Shown here: piece by piece, positions 1 to 12,330 of the stretch | Position numbering within the stretch: position 1 is the first letter of the stretch | How the letters are laid out: every line of letters begins with the position of its first letter | Origin: the human T2T-CHM13v2.0 reference genome, Homo sapiens | Length of the DNA stretch: 64,000 nucleotides | Reading direction: 5' to 3' (one strand) | Assembly (NCBI RefSeq): GCF_009914755.1 | Contig: NC_060937.1 | The notes under the pieces: model-generated | Databases searched by the model: none | Told to the model about the DNA's origin: nothing | The model's input: only the letters and a program-made list of their open reading frames with translations | Made by a program: the position numbers and the translations under genes

Positions 1-1091
1 AGCAGCAGAGTAGGAGCAATTCATCACATACAAGGGGCCCCCAATAAAATTATCCACAGAGTTTTCCTCAGAAACTGGAGGCCACAAAGTAGTGGGCCAG
101 TATATTCAAACTGCTAAAAGAAAAACAATAAACTACCAAGAATTCTACAACTGACAAAACTGTCCTTCAAAAGTGAGGGCGAAATTAAGACATTCCCAGA
201 TAAACAAAAGCTGAGGAAGTGTGCTGCCACTAGACCTGCCCTGCAAGATGTGATCTTATATGCAGGAAATCTGAAAGAATCCACTTAGTTTCAGACACTA
301 GAAAAAAATCTAAACCCATAGCAAGTAGAGGGAAAACAATTTAATAAAAATTAGAGCAGAGCTAAAATCAGAGAACAAAAACAAAGGAGAAAATCAAGAA
401 ACCGAAAAGTGTGTTTAGATCAATAAAACCGACAAACCTTTAGTTAGGTATACTAAGAAAGATTGACATTACTAAAATCAGAAATGAAAATGGGGACATT
501 TCTACTGGCTCTACAGAAATAAAAAGGATTATGAGAGAATAATAGGAACAATTGTGTGTCAACATATTTAAAAACCTAGATGAAATGGACAAATTCCTAG
601 AGACAAAACCTACCCAGATTTAATAAAAATAAGTAAAAATCTGAATAGACCTTTGACTAGTAAGGAGATTGAATCAGTCCTTTAAAATCTCACTTTGGAC
701 CTAGTGGCTTCCCTGGTGAATTCTGCGAAACATTTGAAGAATAACTACCAGTCCTCAAGCTTTTCTAAAAAATGGAAGAGGTGGGAATACATTCTGATTC
801 TGTGAAGCCACCATTACTACCCTGATATCAAAGCCAAAGACACCACAAGCACAAAATACCAACATGCCTGAGGAGCACTGATGCAGAAATCCTCAACAAA
901 ATACTGGCAGCGTATTTCAAAGATCATGCAACGTAAATGCTAGCAGCGTATTTAGAAGATTGCACACCATGACCTAGGGATTTATTTTTAGAATGCAAAG
1001 ATATTTTGACATAACAAAATTGATCATTGTAATGCACACATAAACGGAATGAAAGAAAAAATCATGATCATCTCAATGTTTTATTAACAGC

Positions 1092-1382
1092 TTTTTTTTT
1101 TTTTAAATTAGGGATGGAGTCTTGCTCTGTCACCCAGGGTGGAGTGCAGTGGCGTGATCATAGCTCACTGCAGTCTAAAACTCCTGGGCTCAAGCTCCCA
1201 CCTTATGCTCCCAAGTAACTAGAACTACAGGTGTGTGCCACAATGCCAGGCTAATTTTTTGATTTTGCACAGATAGGGTCTCTGTGTTGCCCAGGCTGGT
1301 TTTGAACTCCTGGCTCAAGTGATCGTCCCACCTTGGCCCCCCAAAGTGCTTGAATTACAGGTGTGAGCCACTGCGTTCAGCT
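1092..1382 (-). mobile_element. Alu (old, AluJ-like)
   Basis: Poly-T followed by the reverse-complement Alu dimer (tcttgctctgtcacccagg...ccaaagtgct...gtgtgagccactgcg). Confidence 0.9.
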
Positions 1383-2488
1383 GTAGTCATTGCAAGTGAT
1401 GTACAAAAAGTATTTTATAAAATTCAACATCTTGTTATGGCAAAAAGAACAAACTAGGAATAGAAGGAAACTACTTCAGTATAGTTAATGCCGTATATGA
1501 AAAACTCAAAGAGAACAAACATCAAGGTGAAAGACTGAAAGTTTTTCCTCTAAGATAAGGAACAAGGCAGAGATGGCCACCCTGGCCTTTTCTATTCAAC
1601 ATAGTACTGGAAGTTCTAGTGAAGCAGTTATGTGAGAAAAATAAATACAAGGCATTCGTATTTGAAAGGAAGAAGTAAAGCTATCTCCATTTGTTGATGT
1701 GATCTTATATGCAGGAAATCTGAAAGAATCCACTAAAAAACAGAACTAATAAGGTTACAGGTTGTAAAGTAAACAGGAAAATCACTTGTGTTTCTGTACA
1801 CTAACAATGAAAATATGAAAAGGGAATTAAGAAAATAATTCCATTTACAATAGCATCAAAATAATGAAATACTTAGGAATTAACTTGGAGGAGGTGAAAG
1901 ACTTAATACAGTGAAAATGACAAGACATTGCTAAGAGGAATTAACAAATGGAAACGCACCCCATGGCTATATATTGGAACACAGTATTGTTAAGATGTCA
2001 ACACTACCCAACTTAATCTGTAGGTTACATGCAATCCCTGTCAAAGTCCCAGTGATTTGTTTTTCAGAAATAAAAAGTCTCATCCTAAAATTCATACAGA
2101 ATCTCAAGTGACCTCAAATAGCCCCAACAATCTTGAAGAGCAAAGCTGGAGGACTCATACTTTTGGTTTCAAAACTACAAATCTGTAATAATCAAAACAG
2201 AGCAGTATTGGCATAATGAAAGACCTACAGACTAAAGGAATAGAATAGAAAGCCCAGCCAAACACCCTCGCATATTTGGTCAAGTGATTTTTTTGACAAG
2301 GGAGCCAGGACCATGCAATGGGGAAAGGATGGTCTTTTTCACAAATGGTATTGGGAAAACTGATTATCCATGTGCAAACAAATGAGGTGGGACCCTTAAC
2401 ACTGTTTCAGTGCAAAGCTTAATTCAAAATGAACCTAAGATCTGAATGTAAGGCTTAAGACTGTCAAGCTCTTAGAAGAAAACAGAGT

Positions 2489-2908
<420 letters not shown>

Positions 2909-4737
2909 TTAGCAGTGATTTTTTTGGATATGACACCAAAGGCACAGGGAAAAATAGACAATGTGGACTTTATGAAAATATAAACCTTTCTTGCATCAGA
3001 AGACAATGTTGACAGAGTAGAAAGCCCACAGAATGGGAGAAAATGTGCACAGCCCCTGTGTCTGGTAGGGGATTAATATCCAGGATACATAGAGAACTCT
3101 TAAAACTCAAAAACCAAACAACCTGATTTAAAAACAGGCAAGGGCTTGAATAAGCATTTCTCCAAAGAAAAATCTATGAATGACTTGTAAGAACATGAAA
3201 AGGGGCTCAACGTCACTATCATGAAGGCAACATAGATTAAACTATAAAATAGAAAATAAACATTGGCGAGGATGTGGAGAAGGCAGAGCCCTGTACACGG
3301 TGGGGATGTAAAGAGCCGCAGCCACTATGAAAAACCAAATGGCTGTTTTTCACAGAATTAAAAACAGAATTACCCTATGCCCGGCAATTCTGCTCAGCGT
3401 ATACACCCAGAGACATTTGTACACCCATGTCTACACGTACCACTATTCAGGGTAGCTAAACAGTGGAGGCACCCGAAGTGTCCATCCGTGGATGAGTGGA
3501 CAAGCAAAGTGTGGTTTGTACAGACAGCGAAATCTTTGGAAGGAAATCCTGTCACACTACAACACGGATGCCCCTTGAGGACGTTATACTACGTGAAATA
3601 TGCCCGTCATAAAATACTTATATGAGGTACTTAGAGTCGTCGAATCATGGAGACAGGAAGTTGAACGGTTGCCAGGAGCTGAGGGAGAGGGGATGGGGAG
3701 TGAGTGTTGAATGGGACAGACCTTCTCTTTGGAAGGATGGAGGGGCCTGGAGGTGGATGGCAGTGACGGCTGCAGGACCCTGTGAATGTGCCCAGTGCCA
3801 CCAAACTGTGCATTAAAAATGGTTAAGACAGCAGATTTTATATTACATGTATTTTACCACAAAAAAAAAAAATTGGAAGGACATAGAAGGTATGAAGGAG
3901 AGCTAAGTGTTTTATTTGAGTTGGCTAAATCAATCACTGAAAATTCCAATAGAAGACTAGTTTTAGAAGAATCATTTTTTCCTAATCTTGAATTACCATA
4001 AGCATATCGAGGGTTGTGGAACTTACATAAAACTACGGGCAGTCGTGCCTCAGAGGGCTCTGTGTGGGTGCATGTGCAGCCAGCACCTGCGGGTGCACCG
4101 TGGCTTCCCGTGGCGAGCTTCCTGTGCCTGTGTTTCTTCCAGGCCTTGGGGGTTGAAACTCAGGGCTGGTGATTCTGAAGGGTGGGGCAGGAGCAGCCCC
4201 CGGCTTTATCAGGAAGGGGCTCTGATCGGGCACGGGGGTGCCCCTGTGGGTGGGATTGCTGGAGCCCAGGACATCAAGGCCAGCCTGGGCAGCATAGAGA
4301 GACCCTGCCTCTGAAGAAAGAGTGGGGCTCTGGTGTCCATGGAGAGTCTGGGGAGGGAGGAAGAGGCTAGGGTTCTGAGGGCCTGGAGATGGGGGCTCTG
4401 GGTGGCCATGGGACACGTGGCAGGCGTGTTGGGTTCCAGCTGGGTTGGCTTTGAGAGTCTGGTGGGATGAACCCTCATGGCTCCACCGTCACTTTGAGGT
4501 GGTGTCACCTCTGACCTCTGACCTTCAGCATGGCATGACCTCGCTGAGGTGACCCTGGTGTCCCACATATCACCCTGAGTGTTCTTAATACACAGTCGAG
4601 GGCTGTGTTCATTGGACTATTCTGGTGTCACCGCCCACTTCATTTCTGTGCCTGGCAGCACTTTTACTCCTGGTTGGGAGCATGACCGCCTCCCAGTTCA
4701 GCTTCCTCCTGCGTCCGCAGTGAGCGGGGCGGCTGTC

Positions 4738-4815
4738 CTCGAGGACTCCGGGCTCACAGCCAACCTGCTGGCACGGCTCGAGGACTCCGGGCTCACAGCC
4801 AACCTGCTGGCACGG
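4738..4815. repeat. Perfect 39-bp tandem duplication
   Basis: ctcgaggactccgggctcacagccaacctgctggcacgg occurs twice (4738-4776, 4777-4815). Confidence 0.95.
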
Positions 4816-5892
4816 CCGCCCTTTCCCGCCCTGCCTCGGGTGAGCCAAGGACTTGTCTTCTGCTTCCTGGGTTCCTGAAAGAGCTCTCCTCTGATTTCTC
4901 AAAGGCAAAATAAAACTCAGATTTAAGTCTTTGGTGCGTAGCCCCTAATTTCCTTCCCTTTCTCTGAATCCTCACTGCCCAGCATGATGGACCGGCCTGG
5001 GCTCAGGACCTGATTCCACAGGCTCCCAGCCCTCCCACAGGTACCATGTCTTCTGTGCTGGTGTCGCACCCGCCGGCCGCCGCCACCCTGCGTCTTAGAC
5101 GTCCCGCCGCAGCTGTGTTTCCACCTCATCTCCAGCTTGAGTGGCAGCCAGCGGCGCCACCTGCACACGAGCCCCCTCCATTCGAGAAGCACAGACTATG
5201 AGTGTGGCCACGCGTCCCATGACGTGAACTCACGTCTGCGCCGAGACCTTTGCCAGCGGTTTTTTACTGACGGAGTAAGCACTGGAGATGCTTGGTACAG
5301 CGTCTTCCATCGGTAAATTGATTTAGTTAACCTTACAACATATCTGCAAGGTTTTTAATCTTTCTTCCAAGACCATTTCTCATGGACTTTTCTGTGTGTC
5401 TGTTGGGGGCTGACGGACTTCGACGCGCCAGTCGCTTGTGCTTGGGGCCCTTTGGGTACTAACAGCCACACTGCTGAGCATGTGAAATCAGGACCCAGGC
5501 TGCACACCGCCGTCGGGGTGAGACGCCCGTGGCCTTGCATGATGAAACTGGGACCCAGGCCTCACTGCTGTCTGGGTGAGAAGTCTGTGGCCTTCAGCAA
5601 GAGCAGGTTTGCTTGTTTGGGAGAATGTTCTCATTTCAGTTTTTTGAAAGGGTTAGAGCTGCTAACTTAACATTTATATTTGGAGGAGAGACTTGTTCTT
5701 GGTGAACGAGAAGTGTGTTTGTAACTAACTGGGTTTTAAACCATCAGGCTGCCGACACCCTCACTCCCCACTGTTTGCCTCCCGGAGCTGTGAGCGTCCT
5801 TAGGTGACAACCCCACACCAACGTGGTTTTTGTAATTTTCCTGACTTGCAATGGAGACTTTTAGAAGGAGATTTTTAAGGAAGCGTTTGGTT

Positions 5893-5898
5893 TTTATT
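5893..5898 (-). terminator. ATP4B: Likely ATP4B polyadenylation signal (AATAAA)
   Basis: tttatt on plus = AATAAA on minus, about 545 nt downstream of the stop codon, after an AU-rich 3'UTR. Confidence 0.7.
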
Positions 5899-6441
5899 TA
5901 ATTTCTCCCATATCAGGAAACACGATTTCTTTTTTTACATACAATAAGAGTAACTTTAATATATTTTATGTTTACAACTTAGGAATTGCAATTTTAAAAG
6001 CAAGAATTCAGAATGTCATTAGTGTAAGCCGTGTTTCATATCAGTGCATTAGTAGTTTTTATATTAATGTGGGGGGGGCAGTTCATATTGAAGTGTAGAA
6101 AAATAAATTATAGTAAGAAAGTGATGTCTACATAGAAGACGAATCGTTTTTATGACCTGGTTAATTAGAGAGTTGCTGCCTTGCGTTCCCATGGTAGCTG
6201 GACATTCTTATAGCAGCAAATTCCATCTAAAAACTGTAAGAATTCAACAAGGAAGAACTGATACTCGCGAGCAGGTCCTTCAGATGTGGGCGCTTCTCTG
6301 GAGTTCGCACACTGACAACACCGTTGCTCCAAACCACTTTGGGGATGATTTGGCAGGGAACTGACGGGCAAGGTAAGCCCAACCAGGAGGGTGTCCTTGA
6401 GCGACCCCGCAGGCGTGCCCAGGACCCCTGCGCAAACCGTT

Positions 6442-6603
6442 TCACTTCTCAATCTTGAGTTTGAACTCCACTTTCCCTTCATACGGGTCGTGGGGATTGT
6501 TGAAGGTCACGTGCTCCGCCATGACCTTGCACACGATGGCGACCTCAGCGTTCCTGGGGATGTTGAGGAGCTTCGCTGCCACCAGGGGGTTGCTGTAGTG
6601 GGG
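6442..6603 (-). CDS. ATP4B: ATP4B exon 7 CDS ([13 protein letters not shown]...[10 protein letters not shown])
   Basis: cag acceptor at 6604-6606. 162 nt ending in TGA (6442-6444). Recognisable C-terminus of the gastric H,K-ATPase beta subunit. Confidence 0.97.
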   Translation of the reverse strand, partial: PHYSNPLVAAKLLNIPRNAEVAIVCKVMAEHVTFNNPHDPYEGKVEFKLKIEK

Positions 6604-6948
6604 CTGAAGTGGGAGTGAGGAAAGGACAGGTGTTTCAAAAATCTCTGAAGTTAAGGAGAGAAAACTAAGCAAGGAAGTGTCAACAGTCAGGTTGGTGCAG
6701 AGAAGCAGCTCTTTTGTGTAAGACTGGCCCTGACCGAGTGCATGCCCTGGAATTTGCTGAGATAACACCCCCCATGTAAAAATGGAAAGCAACTGTCTGG
6801 AGGGGACAGACAATACCAGGAGTAAATTCAGCTTCAAACTCTTACGATGATTAACGTAAAAATGAAACAGGAAAAGCACGTGATGTGGAGGAAAGTCTTC
6901 GAAGTGGATATGCAGTTGTTTTAGAGGATCTGGGAAGTAGAAAAATTA

Positions 6949-7252
6949 GGCTGGGCGCAGTGGCTCATGCCTGTAATCCTAGCACTTTGGGAGCCTGAGG
7001 CAGGCTGATTGCTTCAGCCCAGGAGTTCAAGACCACCCTGGGCAACATACTGAGACCCTTTCTCTATAAAAAATACGAAAATTAGCTGGGCATGTTGGTG
7101 TGTGCCTGTGGTCTCAGCTACTTAGGAGGCTGAGGTGGGAGGATCACTTGAGCCCAGGTGGTTGAGGCTGCAATGAGCTAAGATGCTAAGATTGCATTGC
7201 TGCAATCCACCCTGGGTGACAGAGCAAGACTGTCTCAAAAAAAAAAAAAAAA
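6949..7252 (+). mobile_element. Alu in ATP4B intron 6
   Basis: Full Alu dimer with A-tail. Degenerate TSD aagtagaaaaattag / aagttgaagagttag. Confidence 0.92.
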
Positions 7253-7473
7253 GTTGAAGAGTTAGAGTTGTATTTTCATGTTGCGTGAGAGGAATGTTTC
7301 CAGGTAGATACAAGAACCTGGGCTTGGGAAACACGCAGAACGTTCCAGTCAGGACCGGCTAAGTCACACCTTTGTTTCATTTTTCTACATGAAGGGGCTT
7401 ATTGCTTTCCTTTCGCTAAGTGTGAGAGGACTCAGCAGCTGTGGTGAGGGAAGCGTGGAAGGAAGGAACCTAC

Positions 7474-7575
7474 CTGGGCTTTCTTCCCGTAATAAGGGAA
7501 GTAGTGCAGACTGAAGGTGCCGTTGGGAGGGTAGTACTTGACCTGCAGCGGCTGGCCGAGCTCGCGGGGCTGGTC
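7474..7575 (-). CDS. ATP4B: ATP4B exon 6 ([34 protein letters not shown])
   Basis: 102 nt, ccag| acceptor and |gtag donor. Contains the YFPYYGK motif conserved in X,K-ATPase beta subunits. Confidence 0.97.
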
Positions 7576-8738
7576 CTGGGGAGGAGAGGCCACTGCCTGA
7601 GTCAGGCGGGAGCTGGTGTGTGCCGGTGTCTGTGTGTTGCGTTTGTGTGCGTGTGTGCACACACGCGCTGTGTAGGTGCTTGCATAAACACTTTATTGCA
7701 TACTTAGCATAAATCAGATGCAATCTTTCTAATCAGTGCTGAGATCTCAGCAAGGATATGATTTGTTAGCATGCAAAATGCCCAGTGACCCCTCCGTGTG
7801 CCTCTAACAACTTGAAATGTTGGAAGGATGACGCAGGTGGGTGAAGCTGGGAGGCGGCTTGCTTGTCTGTACTCGAGGGTAGCCACTGCTCAGTGGCAAG
7901 GGCTGGTTTGCCAAAACTGGGTTACAAGTTGGTGTGAGTGGGGCAAGCGAATGCGTTTTTGTGAGATTGGGGCCCTCTCGTTTCAGAAGCAGAGGCTTGC
8001 CCAGTGGGTAGCTCAGGGTCATCAACGAACAGCTGAAGGGTGCTTTGGATCTGTTAGAATCTCAGGAGCCGCAGTGTGGCCCAAATAAATTAGAAAAGGA
8101 AAAGCAAATCCCCGCGGCCCCCACCGAGAGTGGAGGCTTCGAGGGAAGTGAGGTTCCCTCGGACACCCTAGTGGGAAGGCTCCACGCGGTAATGGAACCA
8201 CGCTGTGAAACCTTTGCCTTTGGGTGTCATGGTGGAAGCAAATCTTAGAAGACATTTAATTTAAAAAATTCAGTTTTAAAAAATGTTGACTTAAAAAGCA
8301 GTTTTGAAAAACAACCTGGAATTAGCCTGAGATCGATGCCAACTCTTAGCAGTCTGTATACTAAACACAGTTAAACAACTGTAGCTGCTGGCAAGCTGGA
8401 ACCTTTTTGTAAAGAAGCACATAAAAAGGACAGAACTGGTGGAAGGTGCACTGGTCTTTCCACATCGCCACCAGGCGTTTTGAAGCGTGCTGCTGACACG
8501 CTACTCAGATGCTTCTGGAAGCCAAACAATAAGAAAAAGCCCCATTGTTTCCCTTGCTGGGTTTTACCCGCCATGGTGGAGCTCGCTGTGGTGATGGTTC
8601 GGTGTTTACGTCTGGTTTACTGGGCCGACGGCTGACATTCCTGGAGAGAACCAGGTGGGCCGTGCCCAGCATGAACCAGCACGACCCTGACAAGCTCCTT
8701 TCCTGGGGCAGCCCTGCCCGCCGCGCGGCCGTACTCAC

Positions 8739-8795
8739 CAGGAAGGCGCAGTCCACTCTGGGGGCCGAGCCGTTGCTGGGGAGGAACTTGACGAT
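8739..8795 (-). CDS. ATP4B: ATP4B exon 5 (IVKFLPSNGSAPRVDCAFL)
   Basis: 57 nt, tag| acceptor and |gtgagt donor, in frame with the flanking exons. Confidence 0.95.
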
Positions 8796-9940
8796 CTAGA
8801 AGGGAAAAGCTTGAGCGTGGCCGCTCCCCACCCCCACCGCCATGTGAGGTGCACGGCACCCACCCATGGAGCTGAGATCTGGCCGGCCCCAGCCTGGGCT
8901 TTCTGACCAGGACTGAGAAGGGCCCTTGGTCTGGTTTGCGGCTTCCCTTGGAGGAATCCCCATAGGTGTCACTAACTCATCATTCAGAGCCACAGCCCTC
9001 CCCCCACCCACCCATCAGCAAGCCACTTGGCCCAGGCTTCAGGAGGCGGCTGGCAGGAGGCAGAGCTGGGGCGGGGTGGTCTTAGCCCTCGAACCATGTC
9101 CAGGTCCGGTGGAGCACTGAGACAGAGCACGGGCCGGCCTGCCTCCTGCTCTGCACAGCTCTTCCAGAAAACTCTCTCTGGCCCACCCGGGCCTTCAGCC
9201 CCCTTCCCCACACCTCTTCCCTGGGCTTCTCCAGCCCCAGCCATCCCCTGCTGTGCTCCGAGGGTGGCAGCTGCCATGAGACGGGCACAGTGGCCACCAC
9301 GCCCTGCTGGGACCCCCGTCACAGCCCCTCCATGCCGGCAGTGCTGAGACCCTGGCTGACGGGGACCCGTGAGGTGTAGAGGGCACAAGCCTGCAGCCTC
9401 TTAAGTGGAAAAGGAACAGCACAGCTGCCCGGAGGCCCAGCACAGAGCTGCTGATTGGTCCATGGAGTGGTGGCCCCAAGCCCTCTGCTTGGCCAGGACC
9501 TGCCCTGCTCGAGCCTGGCTCAGGGATCACCTCCCCACACCCCCTAAGGGGCCCCTGGTCCCAGGTTGGAAGCCTCTGCTTTAGAAGGTGCTAAACCCCT
9601 CCCAATCCTGACTCCAGAACTTGAGGCCCCTTTACCTGGCCCTGGCATCTCTGGCTGCCCTGAAGGGGGCCCTGGCCTTGCAGAGACCCCTGTTCAAATG
9701 TTTCCACATGTTTTAGAGGGCCGGCTATGTGCTGGTGTCTGACGAGTGGTTTCAAATTTGTATCTAAGAACCACACGGGACAGGTGCGTGCCAAACCAAG
9801 GTACAGGGTGGTGAGGCTGGAGTCCCTGTCCCGCTTGGGCAAGCCCCAGACAGGACACCTGTGCTCCTCGTGGTGGGTGTGGGTGAGAGGCCCTGACTGC
9901 ACTGTTGTAGTGGCGTGTGAAGGAGACCCTCAGTACTCAC

Positions 9941-10140
9941 CCTGTTCATTTTAATAATAAAACATGGCTTTCCTTCTTCAAAGCCGAAGTTGGGATCCGC
10001 CAGGCCTGAGCAGTTCTGCAGCATATCTGCCGTGAACTTGCAGGAGAACTTGGTGTGGTTGGGAGCGCGGAAACTCTCCTGGAAGAAGTACTGCTCGGAG
10101 GTGCAGTTGATGCTGTCCTCCTGGGCTGCTGGAGAGTAGC
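9941..10140 (-). CDS. ATP4B: ATP4B exon 4 ([12 protein letters not shown]...[11 protein letters not shown])
   Basis: 200 nt, cag| acceptor and |gtgagt donor. Conserved ectodomain cysteines and FGFEEGKPC motif. Confidence 0.97.
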
Positions 10141-10265
10141 CTGCAGACGGACGCACCTGCCAGCCCTGTCCTGCCCTGGCCCTGACGCCTGGCTGCCCCC
10201 CGGGAAGGCCTTGCAAGCCCTGAGTGCGAGTTTCTCATGAAATAGAAAAGGCCGAAGCTGTGGAG

Positions 10266-10390
10266 CCGTTTCACACCTCACCTGCTGCTTCACACCTCAC
10301 CCACCCGCCGCTTCACACCTCACCCACCCGCCGCTTCACACCTCACCCACCCGCCGCTTCACACCTCACCTGCCGTTTCACACCTCACCT
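10266..10390. repeat. 19-23 bp tandem repeat (cttcacacctcacccacccgccg) at the start of ATP4B intron 3
   Basis: Six cacacctcacc cores, the last overlapping the exon 3 donor. Confidence 0.9.
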
Positions 10391-10502
10391 GCTAGGAAGG
10401 CGTGGAGAGTCTGTGTGAGGTCTGCCCAGGTTCTGTTATCAGAGACGTTGTAGACAATTTCCAGGCCTTTCTCCCCGTAAACATCCGGCCTTAAGGTTAC
10501 CC
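10389..10502 (-). CDS. ATP4B: ATP4B exon 3 ([38 protein letters not shown])
   Basis: 114 nt, ccag| acceptor and CAG|gtgagg donor. Missed by the ORF track and read by hand. Confidence 0.96.
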
Positions 10503-11881
10503 CTGGAGAGAGAGACCTTTGTGCTTAGCGTCTCCAAATGCTCACCACATTTAAGCCATCAGTTCTGAAGTGGCTGAGGATACGCCAGAGGCGGTGGCCC
10601 AACCCAGGAGCCTCCTCGGAGTAAACTGTCTGCAGCACAGGAAGGAAGGACCCCCAGGACAGCACAGTCAGAATGCAGCCTGGGTCCCTGCTGGGAGTTG
10701 CCCCGGCCCTGGAACCTGGCTGGCTGCCATGGTGGGGGGTGGGGGGTGGCTGGCTCTCTCCACCGGGTGCCTGCTCTGTGACAGGTGATGACTAATCCAG
10801 AGGCTGCACCTGGGTTTCTATGTAAAATTGCATTTGAACATGCATTAAAAAAAATCTTCACTGGTTTTGGTTAAGAACAAAAGCAGTCTAACAACATGTT
10901 AACTGTAAAACTGAACATCAGGATGCACACAGCGGGGAGTGAAACGCAGAGCCGTCGACTTTCCCGATGTGAACCGTCAAATGTGCATCCTTTGCACACT
11001 TTCCTGTTTCTGTGGAAACACAGATGCAGAAACGTGTGTTTACTGCAGGTCCTTAGGAACAGCCCGCCATCCACACACCACTGGCTTCCCAGTGGCCACA
11101 CACTTCCACTTCCCGTGCGATTGGGAGCCTCTTTTTCTGTCATTTTGTGTCAACTCACCTCATTCTTTCCATAAATGTGGTTTCATTGTGTGAAGCCTGC
11201 AGTTTGCTTAGTTGGTCCCCTATGGATGCAGCTGGCTTTACATTTGAGGCTAGGTGTTGCTGTTTAGTGGATTTTGTTAAGAGTAAAATCTATACGTGGT
11301 TTAAAATAAAAACCTTCAGCAGGGTCTGAGGGAAAAGGAGGTTCTGCACTTGCTCTGCACACCGATGGGGACGTCTGTCCTGTGGCCTCTGACGACTCGG
11401 ATGCCTGTTCCTCTGTCCTTGCACCCTGCTGATGTGTAGGTGACCAGCGGGCTCTTTTCTGCTGGTCTCCCGGGTGTGCTCCTTGGAAACTGTTTCCTGT
11501 GCGTCCTTGCAGAAACATTCCGTGTGCATATCCAAGCACAGGAAGTAAGTGGATGGAAAAACTTTGTCTCTATAACAAAACCCTTCTGTTTCATAATTAA
11601 AACTAAAGCCAAAGTCAGATTTTATAATTTGGAGTCATTTTCCTCATGGAAAGAAACTAAGGGGCCGCTTATGCCTTGGTGCTGCTCTTAAAGCCGGTTC
11701 AGGGGCCAGGGGCTGCCCTCGGGGGCACCTGCTGGGGTGTGTGGCTCACCCTGGGGCTGCCGGGCTGGCTTCCCTGGGCTTCATTTCTGGGGAGGGCACG
11801 GGTCCCCCGGGCGTCTCCAGAGCCGAGGAGGCGGCAGCCTGGCCTGTCACACGGCATGGGGGCAACATCCCGGGCGCTTAC

Positions 11882-12010
11882 CTGGTGACCGTAGCTGGTC
11901 TTGGTAGTCCGGTGTGTACGGGTCCACTGTCTGCATCAGCACATAGAGGCACAGGGCGAAGAGCCCAGTCATCACCACGTAGAAGGCCACGTAGTACAGG
12001 CTGATCCACA
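11882..12010 (-). CDS. ATP4B: ATP4B exon 2 (transmembrane helix [25 protein letters not shown], then YQDQLRSP)
   Basis: 129 nt, gcag| acceptor and |gtaag donor. Single hydrophobic TM segment plus the YQD..SPG motif. Confidence 0.97.
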
Positions 12011-12029
12011 CTGCGACACAAGGCAGGCA

Positions 12030-12330
12030 CAAAATTTACCACGTCAGCCATTTTAACGCACACAATTCGGTGGCCTTGAGCGCGTCCGTGATGTGGCGTG
12101 ACCATCTTCCCTACCTAGTTCCAGAACATTCTCCTCCCCCAAAACAGAAACCCCGTCCCCACAAACAGTCACTACAATCCCCTCCCAGCGCCGCACCACC
12201 GGCCACGTTCTGCCTCTGGGTTTGCCCGTCTGGACGTCCACATAGGCAGAATCCTGCGACCCGAGGCAGTTGCACCCAGCTGCCTTCACTCCAGCCGCTG
12301 TTTGAGATGTGGCCGAGGATGCGCCACCAC
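12030..12330 (-). mobile_element. L1MB-type 3'-end fragment, GC-drifted
   Basis: aaaatttacca..ccattttaa..cacaattc.gtggc...ttccagaacatt..ccccaaaa.agaaacccc resembles the reverse complement of the L1MB 3' end (recalled consensus). Confidence 0.6.

Noticed and set aside
6577-6595. CTCF-like gccaccagggggttg in ATP4B exon 7
   Set aside because: The 3' part of the motif mismatches and the sequence is explained by coding constraint (NPLVA).
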